Assembly (NCBI RefSeq): GCF_009914755.1
Contig: NC_060926.1
Strand: one strand, 5' to 3'
DNA: 64,000 nt
DNA from: the human T2T-CHM13v2.0 reference genome, Homo sapiens
Numbering within the stretch: the stretch's first letter is position 1; every line of letters starts with the position of its first letter. A program made the position numbers and the translations under genes. The notes under the pieces are model-generated. The model was not told where the DNA came from and did no database searches. It saw only the letters and a list, made by a program, of their open reading frames with translations. Of this stretch, positions 1 to 13,036 are shown in pieces.

Positions 1-564
1 GTTCCCGCTTTTACCCGTGAATTCATAAATCATACTATATTCTCCAAAGTCTAAAACCGAGCTTCATTGTTTATTGTTTAGACCTGTCATCTCTAAGAAT
101 CCATCAAAATAAGTCTCTTGCTCACTGTCTTTCATTGTGTTCTCCTGCTTATACAGTTTGTATAACTTTGATTCATCTCCACTATATTAGTACAATTTCC
201 CCCCTGGTAAGTTTTGATTTAACTAACAAAAAGATCTACAATTGGAAAAGTCTTGCCTTTTAGGCATTTGTTCAAAACCATGGGAATTTGCAATTCCCCC
301 TATGGTCTTGCCACAGATTAAAGTAACAAGACTAATTTCAGTCATTTCTTTAAGATGTTTAATTTAAATCACTTGTTTCAATGAGAATACATTTTATGAT
401 TCTGAAAAAAAATTGATTTCATCATGTGATGGCCTAAGGAGAATTTCAGTCCATATTCCTCTTGTTGATTTTGCTGCAGAATTGACAAGCCGACATCAGT
501 CTCCAGAGTGAATCCAAGGAGTGGACCCAAGACATTTGTGTTCTGTGATGTGGTGGCATGTTAC

Positions 565-708
565 CTGTCATCTCCGATGCATAACTCCTAAAGTGCGTCT
601 GGGGCAGTTGTACAGATTGCAGAGGATAATACTCAAGATGTTCTCCAAGGCCAACTAGTCATCAGTTTATTCATGCAAGTATTAATAATACAATTGCTTC
701 TCCAGGTT
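565..708 (-). other. Candidate non-coding exon (minus strand)
   Basis: Acceptor TTTTTTCTTCTTCTTTAATTGCTAG| and donor CAG|GTAACA. Stops in all three frames. Splice-site pattern only. Confidence 0.2.
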
Positions 709-1670
709 CTAGCAATTAAAGAAGAAGAAAAAACAAGTGGCCTGAATTTGAACAAAGCAAATATGAGATTTGTGGCTATTGCTTGTAAAAGGGTTGCCTT
801 CACAAATAGCCTTAGAGCAGAGGATTAAGAATCACAGAAAATGTACTTGATTGTGTATACTTTTGCTGTGTGACCTCATCAGTTTGTATATAGACAACCA
901 GAGCTGAGTCCCTTTTCATATGCTGCTCTCTCCATTCAGTACAGTAGATGTTAAACATTGTGTGTAGGTATGCACATGTGTAGGCCGCCATATGTGAGCA
1001 TGTGTGCAGTTTCATGTATTCAGTGTCTGCTGAAGCAGACTTCGCTAATTACTGTATTACCCTTCTCCTTTTGTTCAAGCCAGGAAACCAGTTTCAGGAA
1101 CCAGTAAGAAAGACACAAGAAGATATGCCCTTCAGGTCCCTCCATATCTGTAATGCTTGGTTCCTTCATGCCTCTAGAAAATATTTCATGAAAACTGCTG
1201 AAAAAAACTTCTTTTCTATGACCAAACTTGAGACAAGCTCCTCTGAGATCCCTTTTTGAGGAGGGCCTGCTTCGAGCTCTGTCCTTGGCCTGTTTAGTCC
1301 AGTTTTAGCAAGACTCTTGCTGGATCACTTTAGTGTAAATCCCCTAGCCTCGCTATCTAATAAAATTCCTCATTCCCCACCTTCAATATCTCTTAACATT
1401 GGCCTTGCTTCAGCAAGATTCATTTTGAGTAGGTCTAGCAAGTATTCCCCTAGCTTTGATGTTTCCTGCTAGTAATTTTCCATCTACTGACCCTCACCCT
1501 CTCCAACATTTCTCCTTGGCTATACACTTCTACTTTTCCTCTTTATATGCAAAGTTAAGCCCAATCTCTCCTCACAGCTAAAAAACTCCACTGTAGTAGC
1601 CCCCCATTGAATAGTCTTCCTTACCATTTTTAATGAATGTCACAAATATATGTGTGTGTGTATATATATG

Positions 1671-4600
1671 TTTTTTTTTTATTTTTCCATAAGTTATTGG
1701 GGTACAGGCAGTACTTGGTTACATGAGTAAGTTCTTCAGTGGTGATTTGTGAGATTTTGGTGCACCCATCACCCGAGCAGTATACACTGCACCATATTTG
1801 TAGTCTTCTATCCTTTGCCTTCCTTCCATTCTTCCCCCCAAGTCCCCAAAGTCCATTGCATCATTCTTATGCCTTTGCATCCTCATAGCTTAGCTCCCAC
1901 ATATCAATGAGAACATACGATATTTGGTTTTCCATTCCTGAGTTACTTCACTTAGAATAATAGTCTCCAATCTCATCCAGGTCATTGCAAATGCTGTTAA
2001 TTCATTCCTTTTTATGGCTGCATAGTATTCCATCATATATATGCCACAGTTTATCCACTCATTGATTGATGGGCATTTGGGTTGGATCCATGATTTTGCA
2101 ATTGTGGATTGTGCTACTATAAACATGTGTGTGTAAATATCTTTTTTGAATAATGACATTTTTTCCTTTGGTTTAGATACCCAGTAGTGGGATTGCTGGA
2201 TCAAATTTTAGTTATACTTTTAGTTCTTTTAGAAATCCACACTGTTTTCCATAGCGGCTGTACTAGTTTACATTCCCACCAGCAGTGTAGTAGTGTTCCC
2301 TGTTCACCACATCCATGCCAACATCTACTGTTTTATTGATTTTTTGATTATGGCCATTCTTGCAGGAGTGAAGTGGTATTGCACTGTGGTTTTGATTTGC
2401 ATTTGCCTGATCATTAGTGATGTTGAGCATTTTTTCATATGTTTGTTGGCCATTTGTATATTTTCACAATATTGATTCTACCCATCCATGAGCATGAGAT
2501 GTGTTTCTGTTTGTTCATGTCATCTACGATTTCTTTCAGCAGTGTTGTATAGTTTTCCTTACAGAGGTCTTTCAACTCATTGGTTAGGTATATTCCTAAA
2601 TTTTTTAATTTTTTAATTTTATTTTTTTGCAGCTATTGTAAAAGTGGTGGAGTTCTTGATTCTCTGCTTGGTCGCTGTTGGTGTACAGAAAAGCTACTGA
2701 TTTGTGTACATTAATCTTGTATATGGGAACTCTGCTGAATTCTTTTATCAGTTCTAGGAGCTTTCTGGAGGAGTCCTTAGGGTTTTCAAGGTAAAAAATC
2801 ATATCATCAAATAGTGACAGTTTGACTTCGTCTTTACCAATTTGGATGCCCTTGATTTCTTTCTCTTGTCTGATTGCTCTGGTTAGGACTTCCAGTTCTA
2901 TGTTGAAGAGGAGTGGTGAAAGTAGGCATCCTTGTCTTGTCCCAGTTCCCAAAGGGGATGCTTTCAACTTTTCCCCATTCAGTATTATGTTGGCTGTGGG
3001 TATGTCATAGGTGCCTTTTAATTACATTAACGTACGTCCCTTGTATTTTGATTTTGCTGAGAGTTTTAATCATAAAGAGATGCTGGAATTTGTTGAATGC
3101 TTTTTCTGCATCTACTAAAATGATCATGTGATTTTTGTTTTTAGTTTTCTTTATGTAGTATATCACATTTATTGACTTGCATATGTTAAACCATCCATGC
3201 ATCCCTGGTATGAAACCCACTTGATCATGGTGGATTATCTTTTTGGTATGTTGTTGGATTCTGTTAGCTAGTATTTTGTTAAGGATTTTAGCATCTATGT
3301 TCATCAAAGATATCGGTCTGTAGTTTTCTTTTTTGATTATGTCCATTCCTGCTTTTGGTATTAGGGTGACGCTGGCCTCATAGAGTTAATTCCTTTTTTC
3401 CCTATCTTGTGGAATAGTGTCAAAAGGATTGGTAGCAGTTTTTCTTTGAATGTATGGTAGAATTGTGCTGTGATTCAGTCTAGTCCTGGCCTTTTTTGTT
3501 GGTAATTTTTTAATTACTGTTTCAATCTTGCTGCTTGTTAATGGTCTGTTCAGGTTATCTAGTTCTTCCTGATATAAGCTAGGTTGGTTGTATTTTTCCA
3601 ATAATTTATCCATCTCTTCTAGGTTTTCCATTTTATGTGTGTAAAGGTGTTCATATTAGCCTTGAATGATCTTTTGTATTTCAGTTGTTTCAGTGGTAAT
3701 ATCTCCTGTTTTGTTTCTTAGTGAGGTTATTTGGATTTTCTCTCTTCTTTTCTTGGTTAATCTTGCCAATGGTCTATCAATTTTATTTATCGTTTCAAAG
3801 AACCAGCATTTTGTTTCATTTATCTTTTGCATTTGTTTTCGTTTCAATTTCATTTAGTTTTCCTCTGATCTTGGTTACTTCCTTTCTTCTGCTAGGTTTG
3901 GATTGGTTTGTTTTTGTTTCTCTAGTTCCTTGAGGTGTGACCTCAGAATGTCCGTTTGTGCTCTTACAGTCTTTTTGATGTAGGCATTTAGGGCCATGAA
4001 CTTTCCTGTTAGCACCGCCTTTGCTGCATCCCAGAGGTTTTGATAGGTTGTGTCATTATTGTCATTCAGCTGGAAGAATGTTTTAATTTTCATCTTGATT
4101 TTATTTTTGACCCAATGTTCATTTAGGAGCAGGTTGTTTAATTTCCATATTTTGCATGGTTTTGAAATTTCCTTTTGCAGTTGCTTTCCAGTTTTATTCC
4201 ACTGCGGTCTGAGAGAGTGCTTGATATAATTTCAATTATCTTAAATTTATTGAGCCTCGTTGTATGGCCTGTTATATGATCTATCTTGGAGAAAGTTTCA
4301 TATGCTGTTGAATAGATTGTGTATTCTGCAGTTGTTGGATAAAATGTTCTATATTTATCTGTTAAGTCCATTCATTCCAAGGTATAGTTTAAATCCATTG
4401 TTTCTTTGTTGACTTTCTGTCTTGATGACCTGTCTAGGGCTGTGAGTGCAGTATTGAAGTCCCCCACTATTATTGTGTTGCTATGTCATTTCTTAGGTCT
4501 ATTAATAATTGTTTTATAAATTTGGGACCTCCAGTGTTAGGTGAATATATGTTTAGGATTGTGATATTTTCCTCTTGGAAAAGGTCTTTTACCATTATAT

Positions 4601-7391
4601 AATGTCCCTCTTTGTCTCTTTTAAATTCTGTTGCTTTAAAGCTTGTTTTGACTGATATAAGAATAGCTACCTCTGCCCCCATTTGGTGTCCATTTGCATG
4701 AAATGCCTCTTTCCACCTCTTTAAGTTTATGTGAGTCCTGATGTGCTACATGTGTCTCCTGCAGGCAGCAGATATTTGGTTGGTGAGTTCTTACCCATTC
4801 TGCTGTTCTGTATCTTTTAAGTAGACCACTTAGGCCATTTACATTCAACGTTATATTGAAGTATGAGGTACCTTTGAAATCATTGTGCTCTTTGCTGCCT
4901 GTGTACTTTGGTTTTTTTGTTTTTTGTTTTTGCTTTTTAACTTGTATTTTTGTCTTACAGATCCTGTGTAATTTATGCTTTAAAGAGGTTCTATTTTGAT
5001 GTGTTTCCAGGATTTGTTTCAAGATTTAGAGCTCCTTTTAGCAGTTCTCATAGTGGTGGCTTGGTAATGGCAAATTTTGTTAGCATTTGTTTGTTTGAAA
5101 AAGACTGTATCTTTCCTTCATATATGATGCTTAGGTTCACTAGATACAAAATTCTTGGCTGATAATTGTTTTGTTTGAGGAGGCTGAAGCTAGGGCCCCA
5201 TTCCCTTACAGCTTGTAGGGTTTCTGCTGAGAAATCTACTGTTGATCTGAAAGGTTTTCCTTTATAGGTTACCTGCTGCTTCTGTCTCACAGCTCTTAAG
5301 ATTCTTTCCTGATGATAATGTCCCTATTGTCCCTAACCTGATAACAATGTCCCAATTCATCTTTTTGTGATGAATTTCCAAGGTGTTCTTTGTGCTTCTT
5401 GTATTTGGATGTCTAGGTCTCTAGCAAGGCTGGGGAAGTTTTCCTTGATTGTTCCCCCAAATATGTTTTCCAAGCTTTTAGAAGTCTCTTCTTCCTCAGG
5501 AACACTGATTATTCTTTGTTTTGGTTGTTTAACATAATCCCAGACTTCTTGGAGGCTTTGTTCATACTTTCTTGTTCTTTTTTTCTTTGTCTTAGTTGGA
5601 TTGGGTTAATTCAAAGACCTTGTCTTCGAACCCTGAAATTCTTTCTTCAGTTCTATTGCTGAGACTTTCCAGAGCATTTTGCATTTGTAAAAGTGTGTGT
5701 GAAGTTTCCTGAATTTTTTATTTGTTTTTAAGCCATCTAGTTTCTTATTTCCCCCTTCAGTTCTTGTAACATATTTTGCATTTCCATGCATTGGGTTTTG
5801 CCTTTCTCTGCTCCCTCCCTGATTAGTTTAATAACTAAACTCCTGAATTCTTTTTTGGGTAAATCAGGGATTTCTTCTTGGTTTGGATCCATTGCTGGTG
5901 AACTAGTGTGATGTTTTGGGGTGTTGAAGAGCCTCATTTTGTTATATTACCAGGGTTGGTTTTATGGTTCCTTCTCATTTGGGCAGGCTCTGTCACAGGG
6001 AAGGTCTAGGGCTGAAGGCTGTTGTTCAGATTCTTTTGTCCCACAGGTGTTCCCTTGATGTAGTATTCTCCCCCTTTTCCTATGGATGTGGCTTCCTGTG
6101 AGCCAAACTGCAGTGATTATTGTCTCTCTTCCAGATCTACCCACTCAGTGAGTCTACCTGGCTTCAGTCTGGTACTGGGGGTTGTCTGCACAGAGTCCTG
6201 TGATTTGAACAGTCTATGGGTCTCTTAGCCGTTGATACTAGCTATCTGTTTTGGTGGAGGTGGTGCGGCCGGCAGGGGGCGGGGTGTGTGCAATGGACTC
6301 CGTGGGGGTTCATAGCTTTGGTGGTTTAATGCTCTATTTTTGTGCTGGTTGGCCTCGTGCCAGGAGGTGGTGCTTTCCAGAGAGCATCAGCCATGGTAGT
6401 ATGGGGAGGAACCGGTGGTGGGTGGGGCCCTAAAACTCCCAAGATTATATGCATTTTGTCTTCTGCTACCAGGGTGAGTAGGGAAGGTCCATCAGGTGGG
6501 GGTGGGTCTAGGCATGTCTGAGCTCAGACTCTCCTTGGGCAGGTCTTGATGCAGCTGCTGTCGGGGGTGGGGGTAAGATTCCCAGATCACTAGAGTTTGT
6601 ACCTAGGATTATGGCTGCCTCTGCTGAGTCATGCAGGTTGTCAGGGAAGTAGGGGAAAGCTGGCAGTCACAGGCCTCACCCAGCTCCCATGCAAACTGAA
6701 GGACCGGTCTCACTTCCACCATGCCCCCCACCCTTAATGGCCCCCAGACTGTTTCCAGGTAGAGAGCGATATGGACTTGAAACCCTGTCCCAGGGTCTCC
6801 ACCTCCCAGCTGCGAAAGAAAAGGGCTTGGTTCTTCTCTCATCTGTGGAGTCTGCACACTGGATTTGTGCCCTCCCGCAAGTTCTGTCCAGTAGGCTTCT
6901 AACAGCATTCAAATTGTTACAAAGTTCTGCTACAGATTTCTTTCTCCCTTGTAGTTTTACCCCCTGCTCCTCTCCCATTGGATCCCTGTGGTGCTAGGCA
7001 GGAATGTCCTGCGAGGGGACCCAGCGAGCTCCCAGGGCCTTTCTGCTGCTTCCTGTATCCCTGTGTTTCGCTGGGCTCTCCAAATTGATTCAGCTCCAGG
7101 TAAAGTCAGAAACTTTGCCTGCAAACAGACTTTCAGCTTCTCCAGTGGGTGTGTGTGTTTGGGAGAGGAGGGTCTCCCTTTCCCACTTCTGCAGTTGGGG
7201 CACTCGCATCTTTTGGGGGGTCTCCAGGGTCGTGCAGGAGCAATCCGCTTCCTTCAGAGGGTCTGTGGCTCCTCTTGGGGTTGCTGGTTTGTTCTTGCAG
7301 TCGATCTGGAGCTAAAATTTGCAATGTGAGCCCCCATTCAGTGCTCTGTCAGGAGATGCAATCTAGTCCTGCCTCCTGTCCGCCATGATCT

Positions 7392-7392
<1 letters not shown>
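1671..7392 (-). mobile_element. Near full-length, decayed LINE-1 (L1PB1-like) with a ~0.8-kb internal ORF2 deletion
   Basis: L1PB 3' UTR (CCATAAGTTATTGGGGTACAGG...) after poly-T. ORF2 fragments ([28 protein letters not shown]; [15 protein letters not shown]; endonuclease NICCLQETH) and ORF1 fragments (QVTYKGKP..DFSAETLQA). 5' end GATCATGGCGGACAGGAGGCAGGACTAGATTGC. Many stops and frameshifts. Confidence 0.95.

Positions 7393-7393
<1 letters not shown>

Positions 7394-7426
<33 letters not shown>
7394..7426. repeat. (TA)n microsatellite
   Basis: About 16 TA units seen directly. Confidence 0.95.
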
Positions 7427-7429
<3 letters not shown>

Positions 7430-7779
7430 AACACTGCCATACAACACTATTTTTTCCACACAGTTGCCAGTGGGTCTCAGGAGCCCCTGGAAGGCATGCA
7501 TTTGGAATTTCCTAGTGCTGCCTTTTATGTACCTAGAGCATTCCATAGTCTAGGGCTGACCACTTTCTCTTAGAACTTGTAAGAGAAGCCAACAGAATTC
7601 AGCAGTCCTTTCTCAACTGTACAGCAAGATAAAAAATAGATATCATCTTTTCACATATTTCTATGGTAACTCCTAGAATACAGAGTGTTACTTGGGAAAA
7701 TGGGGACAAAGAGGAAAAGGAGGACAAAGGAAATAATGAAAGGAATTATGCAGGATAGTTGAATAAAATCAGATGACAT

Positions 7780-8200
7780 TGTAACCAAACTAAACTGGGT
7801 CCATTTGCCCAAACAACAGAAAGACAAAGACTGGAATTTTGCAGTGAGGAAGGTTTATTGTGAGGCAGCTGAAAAGAAGACTAGGGAATGCTCAAATCCA
7901 TCTACCCAAGCTGGGGGATGTGTTGGGTTTATGAGGATAGTGTAATGAAGTATGATCTGACTGGATCTTGCAATGAGGTGATGCCAGAATGCATGATCTG
8001 ACTGGATCCTGACCTTCTTGCCTTGTACTTTTTCTTAATTCAGTCCCTGCTTCTCAGTCCTAGCACTTAGGTTCTGCACATGGTTCATCTGGGCATGCTT
8101 AGCTCATGTCATCTTCAACTTGGAGGTCCCTGGCGACCAAAAAAACAACTTTCAACTTTGCTACATGACAGTTAAACCAGATTGGTATGATGCAGTTATA
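7780..8200 (-). mobile_element. ERV1-class solo LTR, family not assigned
   Basis: TGTAACC...GTTATA termini, 4-bp TSD ACAT (7776-7779 / 8201-8204), minus-strand AATAAA near 7855, internal 18-bp repeat ATGATCTGACTGGATC. Confidence 0.7.
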
Positions 8201-8304
8201 ACATAGACAAGTTCTTTCAAAGTAGCTGTAATTAAAGTCCAAAATTGTGAGAATTCAATATGAAAATAAAATCTATCTGAATTAGGATATTTCTGTATTT
8301 TTAA

Positions 8305-8725
8305 ATTAAATTTGTTTTTTTAAAGAGATTGATACAATTATATATATTTGTCATATAAAACATGACATTCTGAAACACATATACCTTGCAGAATGGCCAA
8401 ACAAAGCCAATACATCACAGTTGTCATTTTTGTGGTGAGAACACTTACTAATATCTTAGCATTTTTCAGGAATATAATATATTGTTATTAACTGTAGTCA
8501 CTCTGTTGTAGAATAGATCTTTTGAATTTATTCCTTTTGGCTAACAAAAATGTTGTGTCTTTGGACCAACATCTTTCTTACCCCCTCCATCACCACTGCC
8601 CCAGACCCTGTTAACCAACATTCTACTCTCTACCTCCATGAGATCAACTTTTCTAGATTCCACATGCAAGTGAAATTATGTGGTACTTGTCTTTCTGTAC
8701 CTGTTTTATTTCACTTAACATTATC
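8305..8725 (-). mobile_element. Old L1 3' end (L1MA8-10-like)
   Basis: L1MA 3' UTR motifs TTTGTGGTGAGAACACTTA, AATAGATCT..TGAATTTATTCC, TAGATTCCACAT. Confidence 0.75.
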
Positions 8726-9378
8726 TTTTAAACAAATGTGAAGAGAGAATTATACCTGAAGAAGGCAATCACTTTTGGAAGCTCTCTTTCCAAGTACAGC
8801 AAATAAGCTTGCCTAACCTGACAGTTCAGATAAGATTAAAGACATGTTGCTTGAATTACTACTACAGTTCTTATTCCTTTGTTCCTCACAGGTTTCTGGG
8901 ATTGGATTCATGAACTCATCCTTTGAACTATTTCAACAAGCTTTTTCATGTAACTAATCTGCGGAAGGTAGAAAGGGGAAAACTGTTGGGTGCTAAAATG
9001 ACAACTGGTTCAAGGTACAATGGCGAATATTTTTATTTCTGCAACTTTTCTTAGAGGTTGGAAACTGGACTGGGCAGGAAGATTCCTTTTTGTAAGATTA
9101 GTCTCCAGTTTTCATCAAGCAGTTTAGTGGGGTATTTTAGGCCCAGTTCCCTCTCCACAGTCCCCAAAGGTCTTCTGTTAACTTTAAATCCGCAAAGAGA
9201 GAGATCTCTGCCAAGCAGCAACTGCAAGAGCATGTGGGTCAATGTTACCAGCAGACACTCAAAGCCCCTTCCCTTTACTTCAACACCGCTTTATAAATTA
9301 TCTTAGAGACGTTGTCAGGTTGGTATTAGAGGTGAGTGGTCATGACTTCACGATTTCTCATCTTTCTGAATGCATAGT

Positions 9379-9754
9379 GGCTGGGAGTGGTGGCTCATGC
9401 CTGTAATCCCAGCAGTTTGGGAGGCCGAGGTGGGCAGATTGTTTGACCACAGGAGTTCGAGACCAGCCGGGGTAACATGGCAAGACCCCAATCTCTACCA
9501 AAAAAAAAAAAAAAAATACAAAAATTGTCTGGGTGTGGTGTGCATGCCTGTAGTCCCAAGTCCCAGCTACTCTACTTGGGAGGCTGAGGCAGAAGGATCA
9601 CCTGAGCCCAGGAAGGCCAAGGCTGCAGTGAGCCCTGATGGTGCCACTGCACTTGACCTTGGGCAACAGAATGAGAATGAGACCCTGTCAAAAAAAAAAA
9701 AAAAAGAAAAAAAAAAAGAAAGAAAAAGAGAGAGAGAGAAAGAAAGAAAGAAAA
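9379..9754 (+). mobile_element. AluJ with A/GA-rich tail
   Basis: Alu dimer with AluJ diagnostics (GGATCACCTGAGCCCAGGA, GGCTGCAGTGAG). TSD GAATGCATAGT at 9368-9378 / 9755-9765. Confidence 0.95.
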
Positions 9755-10400
9755 GAATGCATAGTGAGATTTTACAGTAAAACTCTTTCTTAGAGGCTAA
9801 AAACTCTGGGGATCTCACGATGTGGGTACATTTCTAGAGATAATATTTTAGATCTCTATAGATATTATTTTAATACATCTTTTTCTTTTTGGTTTGACTG
9901 TGTATCATATGGCTTTTCTTCTTGGAAGTTATCAAACTTCTCCCTAACTAAGGTCCTTGCATATGCTGACCTGTTTGACATACTCCCACTCTGGTCTACT
10001 CATTCTTCAGGTATCATTTTCATTCCTGTCACTACCCCTTAACCCAACCCAGACAAGGTTATTGTGCACTGAATCATTTCAAAATGCCACTTTAAAAATG
10101 AGTAAATATTTATGTAATTATGTGTTGAATATACCTCCTCTTTACAAGCATATAAGTCTATGATACAAGTCTATGCTTGTCTCTTCTAATTCTGGTACAT
10201 CATGTGATATGAGAACCATGGTAGGCAATCAATAATGCAGAGACGAAATGTTTTTATCTTAGAGAGACTCTCACAGAAGTTTCTAGTTTAGAGATGCTTC
10301 ACTGAAGTTTATGGCCTCAACTTCCTTGGGTCTTGATTACTATCAGTGGATGCAGTGATGGAGGATAGGTAAAATCCAATGTTATCTACAAGTTCTAGAC

Positions 10401-10622
10401 TACAGCCAACAAACTTTTTCCAAAATAGGCCAGATAATAAATATATTAGGTTTTTTGGGCCATGAAGTCTCTGCTGCAACTACTCAGCTCCACATTTGTA
10501 GTGCAAAAGCAGTTATAGATGAAACATAAAATGAATTAGTGTGGCTGTGTTCAAAAAAAGCTATTTTCAAAAACAGCCAGTGGGAAAGCTTTGGTCCTTG
10601 AGCCATAGTTTGCAAAATTTTG
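10401..10622 (+). mobile_element. MER58A (hAT-Charlie MITE)
   Basis: GGCCAGATAATAAATAT, GCAACTACTCAGCTC, GTGGCTGTGTTC, GCCATAGTTTGC. 8-bp TSD TTCTAGAC/TTCTAAAC. Confidence 0.85.
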
Positions 10623-11579
10623 TTCTAAACAGTAATTCCTTCACTGGAGATCTTAAAAACAGAAAGAGAATACAGACAGCTATACATGTTCTGGTCTATT
10701 CCTGTTCTCTAGTATAGCAGCACCTTAAAATTGTATTACTAACAGAGTACAGGAGATTGTATGGAAGGCCTATAGTGATGACTCTTTCATCAGCTTTGTT
10801 CGTAATAAATTAACTGTATGTGTTTCAGAGAGTCATATGACTCCAAAATGATTTAACACATGCTGCTACAAGCCAGCCTTCTTAAGTTTTTATTAAATCT
10901 TGATTGTTTTGGTCACATAATTTTTATATTAAATCCTGTGATAGTCATTGTTTTTCTATAAAAATCATCACATTTCAAGTGTTAGGTAGTGTGTATAGAA
11001 CTGACAGGTAATAATTTTGACAGGTATGGGATTAAATAGAATCCATCCAAAACCATTTACTTTCCTTATACATTATAGCAGAAGTGGCTAAATTAGAGGG
11101 TTGTTCCTGTCTCCATCATGCACTTCTGTCTTCTACTCCATCCCTTGTATATATTGGGGATATTTTGAGCCAAGTGCTAACGTTACTTACACAGCTGATA
11201 TTTCAGATTAATATGAATGCTGACCGTTTGCCCTCACAACATGCCCACAACACATGGATTATACAGGGGAATTAATCGTTAGCAATGAATTCAACATTTA
11301 GCTTTTAACATTTTTATTCTGCCAGTAAGGCCAGAGAATAAATCTATTCTTTCTAGCAGGCAATTATTAATCTCTGGCTTTCACAAACAGCAAACGGCCA
11401 CTGAATCCAGCTGACAGCATATATTTATTTAAAGATTAATAAGGAGAATTATCTATATTAGTTAAAACGTATTCTTCATTATGTTTAAATCTTTCCAGAG
11501 CTATGGCAGGAGTTGGATTGGAGTATACAGAATGGATTAACTTATTCTAATTGTTATCTAAAGTAGAGGCATTGAGCAC

Positions 11580-11938
11580 TGATATGGTTTGGCTGTGTCC
11601 TCAACCAAATCTCATCTTGAATCAGTTCCCATAATCCCCACGTGTCAAGGGCGGGACCAGGTGGAGGTAACTGAATCATGGGAACGGTTTCCCTCATGCT
11701 GTTCTCATGATAGTGAGTGAGTTCTCACAACATATGATGGTTTTATAAGCGTCTGTCATTTCCGCTGCTGTTACTCATTGTCTCTCCTGATGGCCTCTGG
11801 AGAGGTGCCTTTGCCATGATTGTAAGTTTCCTGAGGCTTCCTAGCCATGTGGAACTGTGAGTCAATTAAACGTCTTTTCTGTATAAATTACCCAGTCTTG
11901 GATATTTCTTCATAGCAGTGTGAGAACGGACTAGCACA
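11580..11938 (+). mobile_element. THE1D-like MaLR solo LTR
   Basis: TGATATGGTTTGGCTGTGTCC...GAACGGACTAGCACA. 5-bp TSD AGCAC/AGCAT. Confidence 0.93.
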
Positions 11939-12418
11939 AGCATATTTCCAAAATACATTCTGACAGTCATTTAAGATTCATTTCAGAAAGACTATAATCT
12001 TGCAATAGACATTACCTAACTTTTTGCTAAGAAAATACATTTTCAAACTCTTCATCCTTTGGTGTGACCAGGTTCAGAGATGTCCCTTCATGTATCTTGT
12101 GTTTATATTGCAATTTTGAGTATAATGGGATCAACTACATGAATTAAAGACAGAAATAGGAAGCAGGTTTCAAAAAACATAATTTAAGAACATATAATGG
12201 AGGAATAATTGTAGGAGCTTATTCTTTATATTCCAGTTTTATTAGCCAAGTAAAACGATTTCCTTACTCTGTCACTTTTTAGTCATACCAAGAATGTTGT
12301 CAGTATTTCTCAAATTATTGTGCAGATTTAGAAGAATCCACGTTATAGTGCAATTTTGAGTCTCTTAAAAGAAAAACAAGGATCTTAAACCAAAGGCACT
12401 CTATCCCAAATTTTGTAA

Positions 12419-12764
<346 letters not shown>

Positions 12765-13017
12765 AATTTTCAGGCTTTTTATTGGTAGATACTTTATAAT
12801 GTTTCTTTAGTTGGTTTGCAAAAATGGTCATAGCTTCATGGTTGTGGCGTCTGATTTTCCTCATGTCAAGTGTAGCATCTTCCTTGAGTTCTAACCTTCT
12901 GTTCACATTATTATGGGAAAGTTATTGAAGAGTTGATGCTTCAGGGACAATTTTGAAATTGGCTTTACCCTTGTCATGTCTGTAAAGTGCAAGCTACAAT
13001 TGAAATGCACCTGCAGT

Positions 13018-13036
13018 TTGCCACCAGGAGGCATAT
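13018..13036 (+). promoter_or_regulatory. CTCF-like motif
   Basis: TTGCCACCAGGAGGCATAT versus CTCF core TGGCCACCAGGGGGCGCTA, in non-repeat sequence. Confidence 0.45.

Larger units (their letters stand above)
1199..7433 (+). mobile_element. MER31-like ERV1 solo LTR (body 1199-~1650; terminal ...TTTTAACA displaced to ~7426-7433 by an L1 insertion)
   Basis: Resembles MER31 consensus (GACCAAACTT..GCTCCTCTGAG, CCAGTTTTAGCAAGA, TAGTAATTTTCCATC). TG...CA termini with 4-bp TSD CTGC at 1195-1198 and 7434-7437. Confidence 0.8.

Noticed and set aside
1890-7388. Many ORFs in 1.9-7.4 kb
   Set aside because: Broken ORF1/ORF2 pieces or chance frames in the L1PB 5' UTR; the element is not retrotransposition-competent.
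9370-9818. 136-aa and 83-aa ORFs (and similar ORFs at the other Alus)
   Set aside because: Alu and poly(A) translations.
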